DNA of 64,000 bases from an uncultured bacterium (GCA_963777505.1 CAVZQN010000007.1:64001-128000); one strand, 5' to 3'; positions 1 to 10,269 are shown, counted from the first letter of the stretch. Numbers and translations are program-made. The notes: generated from the sequence alone by a model not told the origin.

Positions 1-249
1 GCATCGATCGGAATGTATATTCTGGCAAGGACGCAAAATCATCCAGCTGCCTTTCTGCTATCGATCGTTGTTTTTTGCGCAATGGTAGCTGCATGCGTCA
101 TCAGCGGAATTTCTGGAGCTCTTGTGCCTCTAACTTTAAAGAAATTTGGTGCTGATCCTGCAACTGCTTCGAGTATCTTTTTGACGACTGCTACAGACGT
201 AGTCAGTATGGGAATGTTGCTTGGGCTCGCATCTTGGATAATTTTATAG
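1..249 (+). CDS. mgtE: Magnesium transporter MgtE, C-terminal membrane part (5' truncated by window)
   Basis: Frame open from base 1; GALVPLTLKKFGADPATASSIFLTTATDVV matches the MgtE integral-membrane motif (P-x6-DPA-x-AS-x-F-x-TT-x2-D). Confidence 0.85.
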   Translation, partial: ASIGMYILARTQNHPAAFLLSIVVFCAMVAACVISGISGALVPLTLKKFGADPATASSIFLTTATDVVSMGMLLGLASWIIL

Positions 250-264
250 ACGAACGAATCTGAC

Positions 265-663
265 CTAAGGAACAACAAATAAATGTGTCAAAATGCCCCG
301 ACCTCTTGGTTTGTCCCGGCCCTTAGGATCCTTTTGAATAAACCCTACATCTTTAAGTATGGAACCCACTGGAACTTCTGAACAATTCATCAACATTTCA
401 CGCGCGTCGAAACATTGAGTCTTCAAGTCAAAATATCCGACAAATTCAAAAACGTCGAACGTCCCTTCCGGTTCATATCTGAAGTGAATTTTTCCTAACA
501 GCTGACCTCGTTCCGTAAAACATTTGTTCCGTCTCGGCGAATTAAAGGTGACTACATTCAATACATCTACTTTCCCAAAAGATCTTCCAAGTAGAAAATC
601 GCAGTCAGCACCCGCAAAACCAACAGAAACAACTACTCCCACTAAGCAAAAGACCTTTTTCAT
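265..663 (-). CDS. Hypothetical exported protein
   Basis: 132-aa ORF with a signal-peptide-like start (MKKVFCLVGVVVSVGFAGA); no recognisable domain. Confidence 0.4.
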   Translation of the reverse strand: MKKVFCLVGVVVSVGFAGADCDFLLGRSFGKVDVLNVVTFNSPRRNKCFTERGQLLGKIHFRYEPEGTFDVFEFVGYFDLKTQCFDAREMLMNCSEVPVGSILKDVGFIQKDPKGRDKPRGRGILTHLFVVP

Positions 664-858
664 GGGTTTTTCTCAACAATATAAGTTCGTGCATTTTGAC
701 TCTAAACGCTAGCTTAATGGTTGCGGAATTTGTAGTTAATTGACCCGAATCCCTGTAGTAATACTTGAAAACTACGCCTCATCACTTAAATTGACTTTGG
801 GGACTTGATCCAAGGGTGTGAAAGTATTTAGAAAAATTTAAGAACTGAGGAGGTTCTA

Positions 859-1308
859 ATGAAACGAGTGCTGATGATTTTTGCAGGAGCTTTACTAGTT
901 TGTGGGCTTGCATTCGCGCAAACCGAACAACAACCAGTACCACCAGCCATAACAGATCCAGGTGTTGCTGGAGCACCGGCAGCCACAACGTTGCAAGGTA
1001 CCGGAACAATCACTAAGATTGATCCAGAGTCGAGAACAATCACATTGAGTGATTTCACGACCACAACGGCTCCTGAGAGCGCAAATACAGAACCAATGCC
1101 TGAAGGCACTGAACAATCAGCCACCAAAGGCGAAACAAAATCATTAAAATATAATGAGAGAACTAACTTTGCATCAGCTAATCCTGAATCAGTTGATGGA
1201 AGGATGAGTGATCTAAAAGTTGGTGACGTTGTTTCGATTCAATTCAATGACAGCGGCTTGATTGTTCGTATTGAAGAAGTTGCGGCGCTACAGTCGTCAC
1301 AACAATAA
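859..1308 (+). CDS. Secreted small OB-fold-like (CusF/DUF5666-like) protein
   Basis: GGAGG RBS, Sec signal (AFA/Q), motifs GTITKIDPESRTITL and SDLKVGDVVSIQF typical of small periplasmic OB-fold beta proteins. Confidence 0.75.
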   Translation: MKRVLMIFAGALLVCGLAFAQTEQQPVPPAITDPGVAGAPAATTLQGTGTITKIDPESRTITLSDFTTTTAPESANTEPMPEGTEQSATKGETKSLKYNERTNFASANPESVDGRMSDLKVGDVVSIQFNDSGLIVRIEEVAALQSSQQ

Positions 1309-1330
1309 CAAATAATTTGGCTTCGTAAAT

Positions 1331-1370
1331 GCAGCCTTTTCTGCCCGAATTAAGGGCAGAAAAAGGCTGC
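1331..1370. terminator. Inverted repeat, likely intrinsic terminator
   Basis: GCAGCCTTTT-CTGCCC-gaattaa-GGGCAG-aAAAAGGCTGC long hairpin just after the 859-1308 stop. Confidence 0.65.
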
Positions 1371-1398
1371 TAGTTGAAACCAAGAGAGGAACTGAGAG

Positions 1399-1575
1399 AT
1401 GAACAGGGACCTAAAAATATTAGAATTCAACGATGAAACGACAGTTGATTCATCACATCCTGAGGAAACGAGACAGGAAATGAACGATCTTAAAGAAGGA
1501 GATCGTGTCACAATTTATTACGACGATCAGAATGTTATTTATCGCGTAGAAGTAGAACCTGACGACGAAAGCTGA
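1399..1575 (+). CDS. 58-aa ORF paralogous to the C-terminal half of 859-1308 (not in ORF track)
   Basis: GAGAGGA RBS; MNRDLKILEFNDETTVDSSHPEETRQEMNDLKEGDRVTIYYDDQNVIYRVEVEPDDES aligns with KSLKYNERTNFASANPESVDGRMSDLKVGDVVSIQFNDSGLIVRIEE. Confidence 0.6.
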   Translation: MNRDLKILEFNDETTVDSSHPEETRQEMNDLKEGDRVTIYYDDQNVIYRVEVEPDDES

Positions 1576-1589
1576 TCGCACAATCAGAA

Positions 1590-1613
1590 GGCGGCCACAA
1601 GGGCCGCCCCTAC
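1590..1613 (-). repeat. GTAG-type REP-like palindrome
   Basis: GGCGGCCACAAGGGCCGCCCCTAC; identical 24-mer at 29611-29634; reads GTAG plus GC-rich palindrome on the minus strand. Confidence 0.75.
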
Positions 1614-1623
1614 AGTTTATGAA

Positions 1624-2640
1624 TTACTTACTATCATGTTTTGAGAGCCATCGAGCTGTCTCGTCAACTGCTGTATCATGATCCGCATTTTTGAAATGGA
1701 TACGCTCTGCATTTAGTTTTTTGCACATCGCATCAAAGCTTTCATCGCGGCTGACAACATCGTCTTTGCCACCGGTAAAGACTCGCACTTTGACATTTTT
1801 TCCAAAGGTAATGTTGTTTAAATCCGTTTGAAATTTTGAAGAAGTACCCATATCCATACCGGGCACGTCACCTGGAATCATCTTACCGACCAATGGACCG
1901 ATTACAGGCGGCTTTAATCCCTGAACAGTATCGACCCAACCGAGCCCGTTGATTGGGCTTGCGACAAGATTCAATTCCACCTTATGACCTTTTAATGCTC
2001 CCTTTTGTTCAAGAATATCCAGTGCCTTAAGCGCTATGCGGCCACCCATTGAATGTGCATCCACCCGTAAGGGGCGTCCCGGATTTGCCTTCAGTTGTTT
2101 CTCAAGGCTGTTCGCAAGATCTTGTGAACTCTTTGTGAGGCGTGCGTTTTGATCATCATACAGAAATGTTTTTACCTTATCTCCAGCTTTTTCAGCACGA
2201 TCTGATAAGGGCTTCACACCTTCTGGACTATTGTTAATTCCATGAACTGTAACTGTCATGGGACGGTCCGCGCGTTCATGCGAATATGGTCCGATTGTGT
2301 AATTCACCAAACGTCCACCTTTTTTTGTGTTCGCACGTTCAGCATCTTCGTTAAATCGTGGATCAGAGAGCGGCTTGTCGTTCACTTTGTGTTCATCAGC
2401 ATCATTAAACCAATTTGAATAATCCTGCTGAACTTCAGCCTGGCGAAGCGACCCTTCCAGTTTTTTCTCTTCTTTTCTTTCACTGGCATGCTGCTTGGAC
2501 GCTTTTGCTGATTTCGGACTTTCCGAAGTGTCTGTCTCTCCCTTTTTGCGTGGCACAGGTGCGTTGTAAAAAGGGTTCACATCCTGCGTTTGCGACTGCG
2601 AAGCCGCCTGAGCATTATTTTGACTAGCAACTTTATTCAT
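1624..2640 (-). CDS. Alpha/beta hydrolase (lipase/esterase-like) with disordered N-terminus
   Basis: VHGIN oxyanion strand, AHSMGG nucleophile elbow, GGKDDVV Asp, ADHD His; about 100-aa S/Q/K-rich N-terminus with no Sec signal. Confidence 0.8.
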   Translation of the reverse strand: MNKVASQNNAQAASQSQTQDVNPFYNAPVPRKKGETDTSESPKSAKASKQHASERKEEKKLEGSLRQAEVQQDYSNWFNDADEHKVNDKPLSDPRFNEDAERANTKKGGRLVNYTIGPYSHERADRPMTVTVHGINNSPEGVKPLSDRAEKAGDKVKTFLYDDQNARLTKSSQDLANSLEKQLKANPGRPLRVDAHSMGGRIALKALDILEQKGALKGHKVELNLVASPINGLGWVDTVQGLKPPVIGPLVGKMIPGDVPGMDMGTSSKFQTDLNNITFGKNVKVRVFTGGKDDVVSRDESFDAMCKKLNAERIHFKNADHDTAVDETARWLSKHDSK

Positions 2641-2705
2641 CGTAGGTCTCCTTAATCTGACCGCTCTTCACTAAAGAAGATGAAATTCAGAACATATTCG
2701 TCAGG

Positions 2706-2733
2706 TTATCGCACGGACGGCGGATAAATACCC
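2706..2733 (-). promoter_or_regulatory. Putative alternative-sigma promoter GGGTAT-N16-CGATAA
   Basis: Same spacing and near-identical boxes as motifs at 20681-20708 and 29549-29576, all upstream of export-substrate-like genes. Confidence 0.45.
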
Positions 2734-2786
2734 ACCTGAATAGGTAGTAATGATTTGAGAGAGGCGGGTTTACGCCCTGTGTAGGC

Positions 2787-3941
2787 TTAGCTCGCCGATG
2801 CCGAGGCAGACTTCATGAGCTGCAAATACAATTCTTCCTGCTGGCGAACCATTTGTCTGATATCGAAATCATGTTGTACCTGGCGCGAAAGATCAGGATC
2901 TACTTCCCAACCTTCTTTCAATGCACGCAAAATCTTTTCCGCAAAATCTTCAGCATTTCGTGGCTCTGCCAGAATTCCATTGCGGCCTTCGAAAATGATT
3001 TCACGATTTCCATCAATATTGCTTGCAACAACTGGAACCCCAGCTATAGTTGCTTCTGGAATGACACGTGGCAGTCCTTCCCATAGTGAAGTGAGGACCA
3101 CAAGATCGAGGTTTGCTAGAATTTCGGGGACGTTTCGTGCCCAGCCGGCATGTTGAAAGTTTTGAGGGTTTCGCATTTTCGATACACGCCGCGCCACAGC
3201 ATCCGCCAATTCACCATCACCAAATAAAAAGAACCGCACGTTTGAATTTTTTCGGCTAACAAGATCAGCAACATCCACAAATGTTAACGGATCCTTCTGT
3301 GACTTTAAGCATGCAATCATCCCAACGGCTTTCCCGTTTCGCGAAAGGCCAAGCTGCTCTCGAAATGCATCACTGCGTTTGGCTTCCAACAACGGCTCAA
3401 TCTCAACACCGCTTCGTATTAGAGATACGCCACAATTTTGAATCAGATCTAGTTCTTCTGCCCACCTAAGATTGTCATTCGATACAAATATCAAATGATT
3501 ACTTCTTCGACAGGCCTCTCGTTCTAAGGCAACATATAGCTTAAAAACTCCAGGATTTTGATATCGATGAAATCCGAATCCATGATATGTATGGATGATC
3601 ACCGGAACATCCTGCGCAGCGGCGGCCAATCTTCCAAGTACTCCAGCTTTAGAACTGTGCGTATGTACGATATCAGGCTTGATCTCCAGCAATAGTTTTC
3701 GAAGCAAGTTGTATGCGTGAAAATCTGCGATTGGACGGATCGCGCGGCTCAAGTCTCCGCAAAAATGCACAGTCACATCCTTCATTTGGACAGCTTCATC
3801 GTCCAGTAAACCTCCAGGCCCTGAAATCAAATGGACGTCAAATAAAGAACGATTGAGATGGGAAACCGTGTAGAGTGTATTCCCTTGTGCGCCCCCCAAT
3901 TCCAATTTTGTAATTACATGAGCGATACGTATTCGCGGCAT
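2787..3941 (-). CDS. Glycosyltransferase family 4
   Basis: ELGGAQ, PDIVHTHSSKAG, SLWEGLPRVIPEA (EX7E) motifs; start set at MPRIRIAHV (3941) because the longer ORF reads through a REP. Confidence 0.9.
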   Translation of the reverse strand: MPRIRIAHVITKLELGGAQGNTLYTVSHLNRSLFDVHLISGPGGLLDDEAVQMKDVTVHFCGDLSRAIRPIADFHAYNLLRKLLLEIKPDIVHTHSSKAGVLGRLAAAAQDVPVIIHTYHGFGFHRYQNPGVFKLYVALEREACRRSNHLIFVSNDNLRWAEELDLIQNCGVSLIRSGVEIEPLLEAKRSDAFREQLGLSRNGKAVGMIACLKSQKDPLTFVDVADLVSRKNSNVRFFLFGDGELADAVARRVSKMRNPQNFQHAGWARNVPEILANLDLVVLTSLWEGLPRVIPEATIAGVPVVASNIDGNREIIFEGRNGILAEPRNAEDFAEKILRALKEGWEVDPDLSRQVQHDFDIRQMVRQQEELYLQLMKSASASAS

Positions 3942-3973
3942 TATTAAAAATTCTAGCACGTATATGCGATCTG

Positions 3974-4027
3974 GTAGGCGCGGTCTTGTGCCCGCCCGTT
4001 TATGGGCAACCACAAGGTCGCCCCTAC
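3974..4027. repeat. Inverted REP doublet (REPIN-like)
   Basis: GTAGGCGCGGTCTTGTGCCCGCCC ... GGGCAACCACAAGGTCGCCCCTAC: two opposed GTAG-type units related to 1590-1613. Confidence 0.7.
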
Positions 4028-4071
4028 AACGTATAAAGACATATAATTAAGGCAATATCTTGGAGGATTTC

Positions 4072-4257
4072 ATGTCAAAAGTATTACGTTGTGCCGATGT
4101 TGGAATGAATTGCTCATTTGAAGTGCGCGGCGAAACTGAAGCAGAAATTTTGCAAAAAGCAGCACCTCACGCAAAAGAAGCTCATCAATTGGAGACTATT
4201 CCACCGGAAGTGCTTCAAAAAATTCGTGAAGCAATCCGTGACGAAAATCCTGTATAA
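4072..4257 (+). CDS. DUF1059-type small metal-binding protein
   Basis: GGAGG RBS; MSKVLRCADVGMNCSFEVRGETEAEIL..HAKEAH pattern (C-x6-C...H-x4-H). Confidence 0.8.
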   Translation: MSKVLRCADVGMNCSFEVRGETEAEILQKAAPHAKEAHQLETIPPEVLQKIREAIRDENPV

Positions 4258-4265
4258 GACTGATC

Positions 4266-4832
4266 TTGTGGTACCGATTCTTCTTGCCATTCATTCTTGC
4301 AGCGGGTTTTGTAATTTCAGATCAAGGAAGTAGCCTGATCGGAACACAGGCACCTGAGTGGAAAAACCAGACCTGGATTAATTCAAAGCCACTTCAGCTT
4401 TCTGAGCTGAAAGGAAGGGTTGTCTTAATCCGTTTCTTTACTGGAACTACTTGTCCCTTTTGCAGTGCTACTGCGCCTGCATTGAACGAATTTCACTCCA
4501 GGTATTCAGAGCGCGGCCTCACTGTTGTGGGCATGTTTACACCAAAACCTGCTCCAGAAGAAGTTCCACTGGATACGATTCGCAGCTTAGTCGCTACATA
4601 CAATTTCCAGTTCCCGATTGCAGTAGACAATGATTGGATGACACTGAAAACATTCTGGCTCGATCGTGTTTCCGACGCAGAATTCACATCGGTCAGTTTC
4701 CTTATTGATAAAGAAGGACTGATCCGGTATGTGCATCCTGGCGGCGAGTACAGTGCGAACAGCGCGGCCTCTGAGTCGCGCAAAGCATACCAGCACATCA
4801 AATTACAGATTGAAAAACTACTAGCAGAATAG
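4266..4832 (+). CDS. Redoxin / TlpA-family thiol-disulfide oxidoreductase
   Basis: WINSKPLQLSELKGRVVLIRF, CPFC active site, FLIDKEGLIRYVH; N-terminal hydrophobic anchor. Confidence 0.85.
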   Translation: MWYRFFLPFILAAGFVISDQGSSLIGTQAPEWKNQTWINSKPLQLSELKGRVVLIRFFTGTTCPFCSATAPALNEFHSRYSERGLTVVGMFTPKPAPEEVPLDTIRSLVATYNFQFPIAVDNDWMTLKTFWLDRVSDAEFTSVSFLIDKEGLIRYVHPGGEYSANSAASESRKAYQHIKLQIEKLLAE

Positions 4833-4835
4833 GGA

Positions 4836-5525
4836 TTACTTCTTCCAACGCTTAGCAGAAAGACCTGGCCATTTTACAGGCGCGTGTATATTCACTTTTT
4901 GATGATGCGACCATGTAGGTTTGCAATGAGGAATAAAGTGACGTGCAGGAATAAAAGAAATTGTTGAATAGAAAGGATAGTATCCGCTGTAGTCAGAAAT
5001 TCCAATTGATGACGGCTGATACCTTTGTGCGTCCTGTTCTTGCGAAGCCCATGCAGGACCTTGCGATCTAGCCTCAACATAAATTGGTTGTGGTGGTTGT
5101 TGTGGATAAATCACTTGCGGCTGTGATTCAGGATCTCGTTTGGGTGGCGGCGGAGGACCCATTCGTCTTCCCTCTTCATCCAAATTTGTCAGCACAACAA
5201 TCTTATTTCCTGCCCTATCGATACCCTCATAGGTTCTAAGGCTATCGTCGATCATTCTAGATTCGCCTTCCTGCGGAGGTAAAAACTCTTTATCTTGAAA
5301 GGACTGCTTCCAAAGATAATCAATCACGCGTTCCGAAAGACCTCGTTCTTTTAGATAAATCACATCTTTCGCATTGATAGGACGATTCATGCCTTCTTTA
5401 TCGATAATCTGGAACACTAATTCGTCGGCTGTACCGAGTTCAGCCAGGCGGCCGAGATCGTCTACCGAAATGCACATACCTGCAACCGGTACCAGGATGA
5501 AGAAAACGCTGGCAAGAAGCTTCAT
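4836..5525 (-). CDS. Hypothetical exported protein with Pro/Gln-rich tail
   Basis: Signal-like MKLLASVFFILVPVAGMC; helical DVIYLKERGLSERVIDYL segment; PPPPP/QPPQP-rich C-terminal part. Confidence 0.6.
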   Translation of the reverse strand: MKLLASVFFILVPVAGMCISVDDLGRLAELGTADELVFQIIDKEGMNRPINAKDVIYLKERGLSERVIDYLWKQSFQDKEFLPPQEGESRMIDDSLRTYEGIDRAGNKIVVLTNLDEEGRRMGPPPPPKRDPESQPQVIYPQQPPQPIYVEARSQGPAWASQEQDAQRYQPSSIGISDYSGYYPFYSTISFIPARHFIPHCKPTWSHHQKVNIHAPVKWPGLSAKRWKK

Positions 5526-5639
5526 AACTAAAAGTATACATCTTCTTGTCACAAACTGACCTGAATTCGTGTAGGACACTTGAAAAGGAAACTTCTTCTC
5601 TTAACTTGAATCATGAGACATACATGTGGAGGGACAACA

Positions 5640-6132
5640 ATGAAGAAAATGCTTGCTTTGCTTGGGATTTCTTTACTGATCGGCGGTTTATCATTTGCAG
5701 AGGATCAAAATCAATCACAAACCAATCCAAATGATGCAAACGAATTGAAACGCCATTCCGGAACAGTCCGAAAGGTCGACGCAAAAGAAAAGACAATCAC
5801 GTTACTGCTTGATCCTTCAACATACAGAGCAAAACAAAGCCGTCACTCAGGAAGTATCAGCCACTACTCAAACACAAACGGCAACAGCGGCCGATAAACT
5901 AAAAGTACTAAGGTTCACAGATAAAACGACGATTGCCGCAATCGAAACCGAGGAAACCCCGTTGACAACGAAGATCACTGATTTGGATTCGGACGATAGA
6001 ATTATTGTGTATGTCGATTCTGATGGATTGATTCACAAGATTGAAATGACAGTCGGACGAAGATTGACAATCGTTAGGAAGAACCGTCTAACCACAAAAT
6101 CGCAGGAGCAACAGGATCGGTGGGTGGACTAA
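5640..6132 (+). CDS. Secreted OB-fold-like protein, paralog of 859-1308, frameshifted near 5820
   Basis: GGAGG RBS, signal MKKMLALLG..SFA; HSGTVRKVDAKEKTITL in one frame continues as KLKVLRFTDKT..ITDLDSDDRIIVYVDSDGLIHKIE in another. Confidence 0.6.
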
Positions 6133-6731
6133 TATGCCACATCTGTGAAAAAAATTTCCAGCCATCATCCTCATGAATAAGTTGAGCAACTCCGGTGGCG
6201 CCTAATGCATTGCCCTTATCATCTGTAAATCCCCCAGCCGTTTCTATGTTCGTAGCAATGACTGCACGGTTTCCCTTTACTTCTATGCGCTTGATTACAA
6301 TCCCATCCATTGAAACATCGGGGATTAACTCATCATAGATACCAGAACTCTCTCCACGTTCATCAAGTTCTTTTAACCGACTGCTTGGAACGAACCGTCT
6401 GAGTTCTTGAGGGTTCGGATTGGCAAGCATTGTCACGTAACTTTGATAAAGCGACCTCAATTGAAGTTCATCGGATGCAGCATTGCGGGCTGGAGTTGAT
6501 GACTCCTGGGGTTGTTGTTTATCGCGACCAATGGAAAGAACTTCGTCGTAACTGAGGGACAACAAAATAGGCAGCGACAGCAAACATAGCGAATGTGAGA
6601 AGGAAGAAACCCAGGGTGATACAAGAACGAGCAGACTTTGCAGTGGCTAAGGATTTTCCTAACGGCTTTTCACAATAAGGACAATTCGCCGCTTGAACCT
6701 TAACCTCATTTCCACAATGTGAACAAAACAT
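6074..6731 (-). CDS. Zinc-ribbon plus TM plus NTF2-like extracytoplasmic domain protein, frameshifted near 6530
   Basis: MFCSHCG..NCPYC zinc ribbon and TM helix (ORF 6519-6773) join ORF 6074-6583, which ends in IEVKGNRAVI..LIHEDDGWKF. Confidence 0.6.
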
Positions 6732-6800
6732 AATAGTCAGTGCTGAGTAATGAGTGCTGAGTATAACACTCATTACTAATTACTCGGCACAAAGGCTCGA

Positions 6801-7865
6801 TTATCGGCTCATTCTGTCGGCTGCCATTTCAGTCCCTAAAATTCGCGAGCGGATCTTTTGAAATGCAATCTGACGTGATGTGGATGTATCATCCCCAAAA
6901 GGAGAAAAGCCACAATCGTCGGTTGTTCCGAGACGCTCTACAGGAATGTATTTTGCGGCTGTGAGAATTTGATCGCGAATCTCTTCCGGTGTCTCTACCC
7001 TTGAATTGATTGGGTCAGTGACCCCAACAAATATCATTTGATCCGGTTTTGAATATTTAGCAATGGCCTCCAGAACTCGAACTCTATCGTTTTCGCTTGC
7101 AAGCTGAATATAAAAATTTCCAGCAGTCAATTGAAAAAGATCCGGCAGTAATTGTAGATAATCAACATCTTCACTGTGCGTAGAATCCTGATCACCACCT
7201 GGACATGTATGCACACCAATTTTCTTCCGTTCTGAATCCGAAAAGCGACTCAGTACTTTGTTATTCAAGCTAATGAATTGCTTTAGCAATCCTTTACTTG
7301 GATCAAGCTTCACGGCAAGCCGCCCTTCGGTGAAATCAATCTGCACGCTATGCGCTCCTTTTTCCAGTGAAGTGCGAATATCCTTTTCATTTTCGTTCAA
7401 CAGATCTTCAAGGAATTGATCTTTTGGATAATCCTGAATCCCGTTTTGCGGATAAAGGAGTGACAAAGCTGATGCAGATATGACCGCTTGTTTAACAGGA
7501 ACATGCGCATATTTTTTTGCTGTTTCCAGATAACGGGAAGCGAACGTTTGATAACGAAACGGTCCTGACCCAAGTGTTGGTAATTGGCGTGAATGTCCGT
7601 CTCTGAAGAGGATTGTAACTCCGCCTGAAGCAAGATTTTTCAGTCCTGCGATAGGGTAGGACACAAAGCTGGGCTTGCTTTGTTCGCCATCTGTTATGAT
7701 CGGAGATCCGGTAGCTTCAAATTCTTCGATTGTGCTTCGTACTTCGGATTCAAAGATCGAGTCCATCTCTGCTTTGGTTAATTCGCCATGCGCAAATGTT
7801 CGCATAGCAGTGATTAATTCATCGCGGCGCGGGATGCTGCCGATTGGCTCACTAGGGACTAACAT
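6801..7865 (-). CDS. Cobalamin-independent methionine synthase II family protein (MetE C-terminal domain only)
   Basis: IGSIPR, ITDGEQ, GVHTC zinc ligands, TTDDCGF. Confidence 0.9.
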   Translation of the reverse strand: MLVPSEPIGSIPRRDELITAMRTFAHGELTKAEMDSIFESEVRSTIEEFEATGSPIITDGEQSKPSFVSYPIAGLKNLASGGVTILFRDGHSRQLPTLGSGPFRYQTFASRYLETAKKYAHVPVKQAVISASALSLLYPQNGIQDYPKDQFLEDLLNENEKDIRTSLEKGAHSVQIDFTEGRLAVKLDPSKGLLKQFISLNNKVLSRFSDSERKKIGVHTCPGGDQDSTHSEDVDYLQLLPDLFQLTAGNFYIQLASENDRVRVLEAIAKYSKPDQMIFVGVTDPINSRVETPEEIRDQILTAAKYIPVERLGTTDDCGFSPFGDDTSTSRQIAFQKIRSRILGTEMAADRMSR

Positions 7866-7990
7866 AGTTCACCTCCGAAGATCACTTTAATTTTATATTC
7901 AACAGCGTGAAAACTTCCAGCGGAGCTAACTAATAACAAAAGGAATGTTTAGCGCTTCTCCCGCCATGTAACGTGTGATTGCATAGTGTT

Positions 7991-8025
7991 CCTCCCCCTT
8001 AGATAAGGGGGAGGTTAGGAGGGGG
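7991..8025. repeat. GC-rich palindromic dispersed-type repeat / possible terminator
   Basis: CCTCCCCCTT-agat-AAGGGGGAGG-ttaggaggggg downstream of the amidohydrolase stop. Confidence 0.5.
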
Positions 8026-8058
8026 TTGAAAATAATTTCCAAACAGAAAAACTCTAAA

Positions 8059-9783
8059 TCATTGTTTCTGATAAACAATCTTGCCGCCAACAATCGTGTA
8101 GAGGACCTGGGTGTTCAGAATTTCTGGAGGTTTCAATTCCAACAGATTTGACGAAAGGACTGTAATATCGGCGAGCTTGCCAACACGAATCGATCCTTTG
8201 ATCTCATCTTCAAAATTTCCATAGGCGGTATTCAAAGTGTATGCACGAATTGCATCTTCAATTGAAATACGTTCATCCGGAAACCAGCCCGCTGCAGGTT
8301 CCCCCTTGATTGTCTGACGAGTAACAGAGGCATAGAGTCCAAGCATTGGATTAATCGGATACTCTGCAGCGGAAGTACCGGGCCAATCGGTTCCAAATGA
8401 TAAAACCGCACCGCTCTTTTGAATACTTTTGAATGCGTATGCTCCTTTGCATCGTTCTGTGCCGATCCGTTCCTCCATCCATCGCATGTCATCGCTCAGA
8501 TGAAAAGGTTGTACTTCTGCAACTACTTTGAGTTCACCAAGTCTTGGAAAATCGCGTGGAGACATGACTTGTGCGTGTACGAGACGAAATCTTCGATCCT
8601 TCGCGCCGTTGATTTTGTTCAGTTCATCCAGATAATTCAACAACAAATGATTTGCTTCATCCCCGATCGCATGCACGGTCAGTTGAAGGTTCGCTTTATC
8701 TGCATCTAACATGTATTTCAGAAATTTACCTTCAACAAAATTACCTTTGTCATCTACCATTAACGGACGCCATCGTCCGCGGTTGGAAGGATCGTGCGAA
8801 TAAGGCTCGAAAAATCGCGCAGTACTGTTGCCCATAATTCCATCAATATGCCCTTTTAATGAACCTAGCCGGATCCACTCATCACCTGAGCCAACTTTAA
8901 TATTCCTTTCAGAAAGCTCATGCCAGCGATCCAGACCATAACGAAAATGCACGCGCACTGTTAACTCACCTTTCTGATGCAACTCGCGATAAATTTCAAG
9001 CTGAACATCATCTGACATATCGCTGACATTCGTGACTCCATATTTCGCAATTTCCGCCAGCGCCTTTTTCGTTTGGTTCAAACGCCGTTCATGCGATTGT
9101 TCTTTCGGAATCACTGAATCAAATGTCTCGGGTACGCTCTTGCCTTTCATGATTCCGGTGAACTTATTTTTATCGTGGATGAATTCAATCCCTTCCTTTT
9201 TTGGATTCGATGGCTCGATTCCGGCTGCCTTTAGAGCAGTTGCGTTTGCAGCAAACTCCGAATCGTCAAACTTACGGATGAATATCGGATAGTTACGTGT
9301 AATTTCAGAAATCAACGATAGATCAGGCGTGAACGCTTCACGGCGCTTACCGCCGGCACTATCTTCCGTCCATTGATCATATGCACCCCAATATCCACCT
9401 GTGATCCATTCACCTTCTGGAAGAGAGGCAATCAACTCTTTTATTCGATTTACAAAATCGGCTTGAGTTGTGACTTTCATGATGTTGAATTCAAGAAACT
9501 TTGCGGCTGAAGCAAAATGAACGTGGTTATCGTTAAATCCAGGGACAACAAAAGCCTTTTGCAAATCGATCTTGCGCGTGCGTTCTCCTTGTCTTGCAAG
9601 AACGGCGCTGTTGGAACCAACTGCTACAATTTTGTCTTTAACAATTGCAACAGCTTCCGCTTTTGGATTTGCAGAATCGACAGTCCAGATCGTTCCGTTA
9701 TAAAGAATGAGATCGGCAGGTTCTTCCGATGCAGATAGAAATGCTGAGAGAAACAAAACGAAGATCGTGATCCAAAATTTCAT
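8059..9783 (-). CDS. Secreted amidohydrolase family 3 (YtcJ-like)
   Basis: Signal peptide; PGFNDNHVH, VHAIGD, RLVHAQ, FGTDWP, GSIRVGKLADITVL. Confidence 0.9.
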   Translation of the reverse strand: MKFWITIFVLFLSAFLSASEEPADLILYNGTIWTVDSANPKAEAVAIVKDKIVAVGSNSAVLARQGERTRKIDLQKAFVVPGFNDNHVHFASAAKFLEFNIMKVTTQADFVNRIKELIASLPEGEWITGGYWGAYDQWTEDSAGGKRREAFTPDLSLISEITRNYPIFIRKFDDSEFAANATALKAAGIEPSNPKKEGIEFIHDKNKFTGIMKGKSVPETFDSVIPKEQSHERRLNQTKKALAEIAKYGVTNVSDMSDDVQLEIYRELHQKGELTVRVHFRYGLDRWHELSERNIKVGSGDEWIRLGSLKGHIDGIMGNSTARFFEPYSHDPSNRGRWRPLMVDDKGNFVEGKFLKYMLDADKANLQLTVHAIGDEANHLLLNYLDELNKINGAKDRRFRLVHAQVMSPRDFPRLGELKVVAEVQPFHLSDDMRWMEERIGTERCKGAYAFKSIQKSGAVLSFGTDWPGTSAAEYPINPMLGLYASVTRQTIKGEPAAGWFPDERISIEDAIRAYTLNTAYGNFEDEIKGSIRVGKLADITVLSSNLLELKPPEILNTQVLYTIVGGKIVYQKQ

Positions 9784-10269
9784 TTGCAGGATTCCTTCGC
9801 ATTGAAAGGCTTTGTATCAGTTCAGTCCCTGATTATACGTCCGAATTGACGCAACTTACGGCCGTCATCTAATATAGCCAATAGCTTTTTGGTTTCAGGA
9901 TATTAAATGGAGGAAATAGGTTCTTCAGACCATTATTGATAACTGTATTTATCTTAGTCTCAGTGTCACTCCTCGTTTCATACGGTGCAACAAACGCAGG
10001 AACGGCTCCTTCCAATTACGGTTTTGATGTTTTCAATTTACCCTGATTCGGCAAAGGAAGGAGTCTTTCAGGCGAAACTTATTATTTCCCAACTTGCAAC
10101 CGGCAAAATTATCGCTGACCAATTAAATCCATTTTCTGAAGCCGAACAAGTCGTTCGAGCGGACAACACCTGCGTATTATTCAGTCTTGCTGCTTGCATT
10201 TAGATTGAAATGGGATTTTACTGACGCCAAAGTTTTTCGGTTAATCGTTTACTCAGACAAGGAGAATAG

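Noticed and set aside
3942-4013. N-terminal extension of the glycosyltransferase
   Set aside because: It is translated REP doublet sequence; the GT4 fold starts at MPRIRIAHV.
6738-6790. Short heptamer-type inverted repeats (also CACGGAG x3 near 34232 and hairpins near 32570)
   Set aside because: Common short intergenic repeats; no evidence for an RNA gene or an autonomous element.
9985-10203. 72-aa ORF upstream of the cupin gene
   Set aside because: No RBS or recognisable domain; could be a remnant but cannot be supported.
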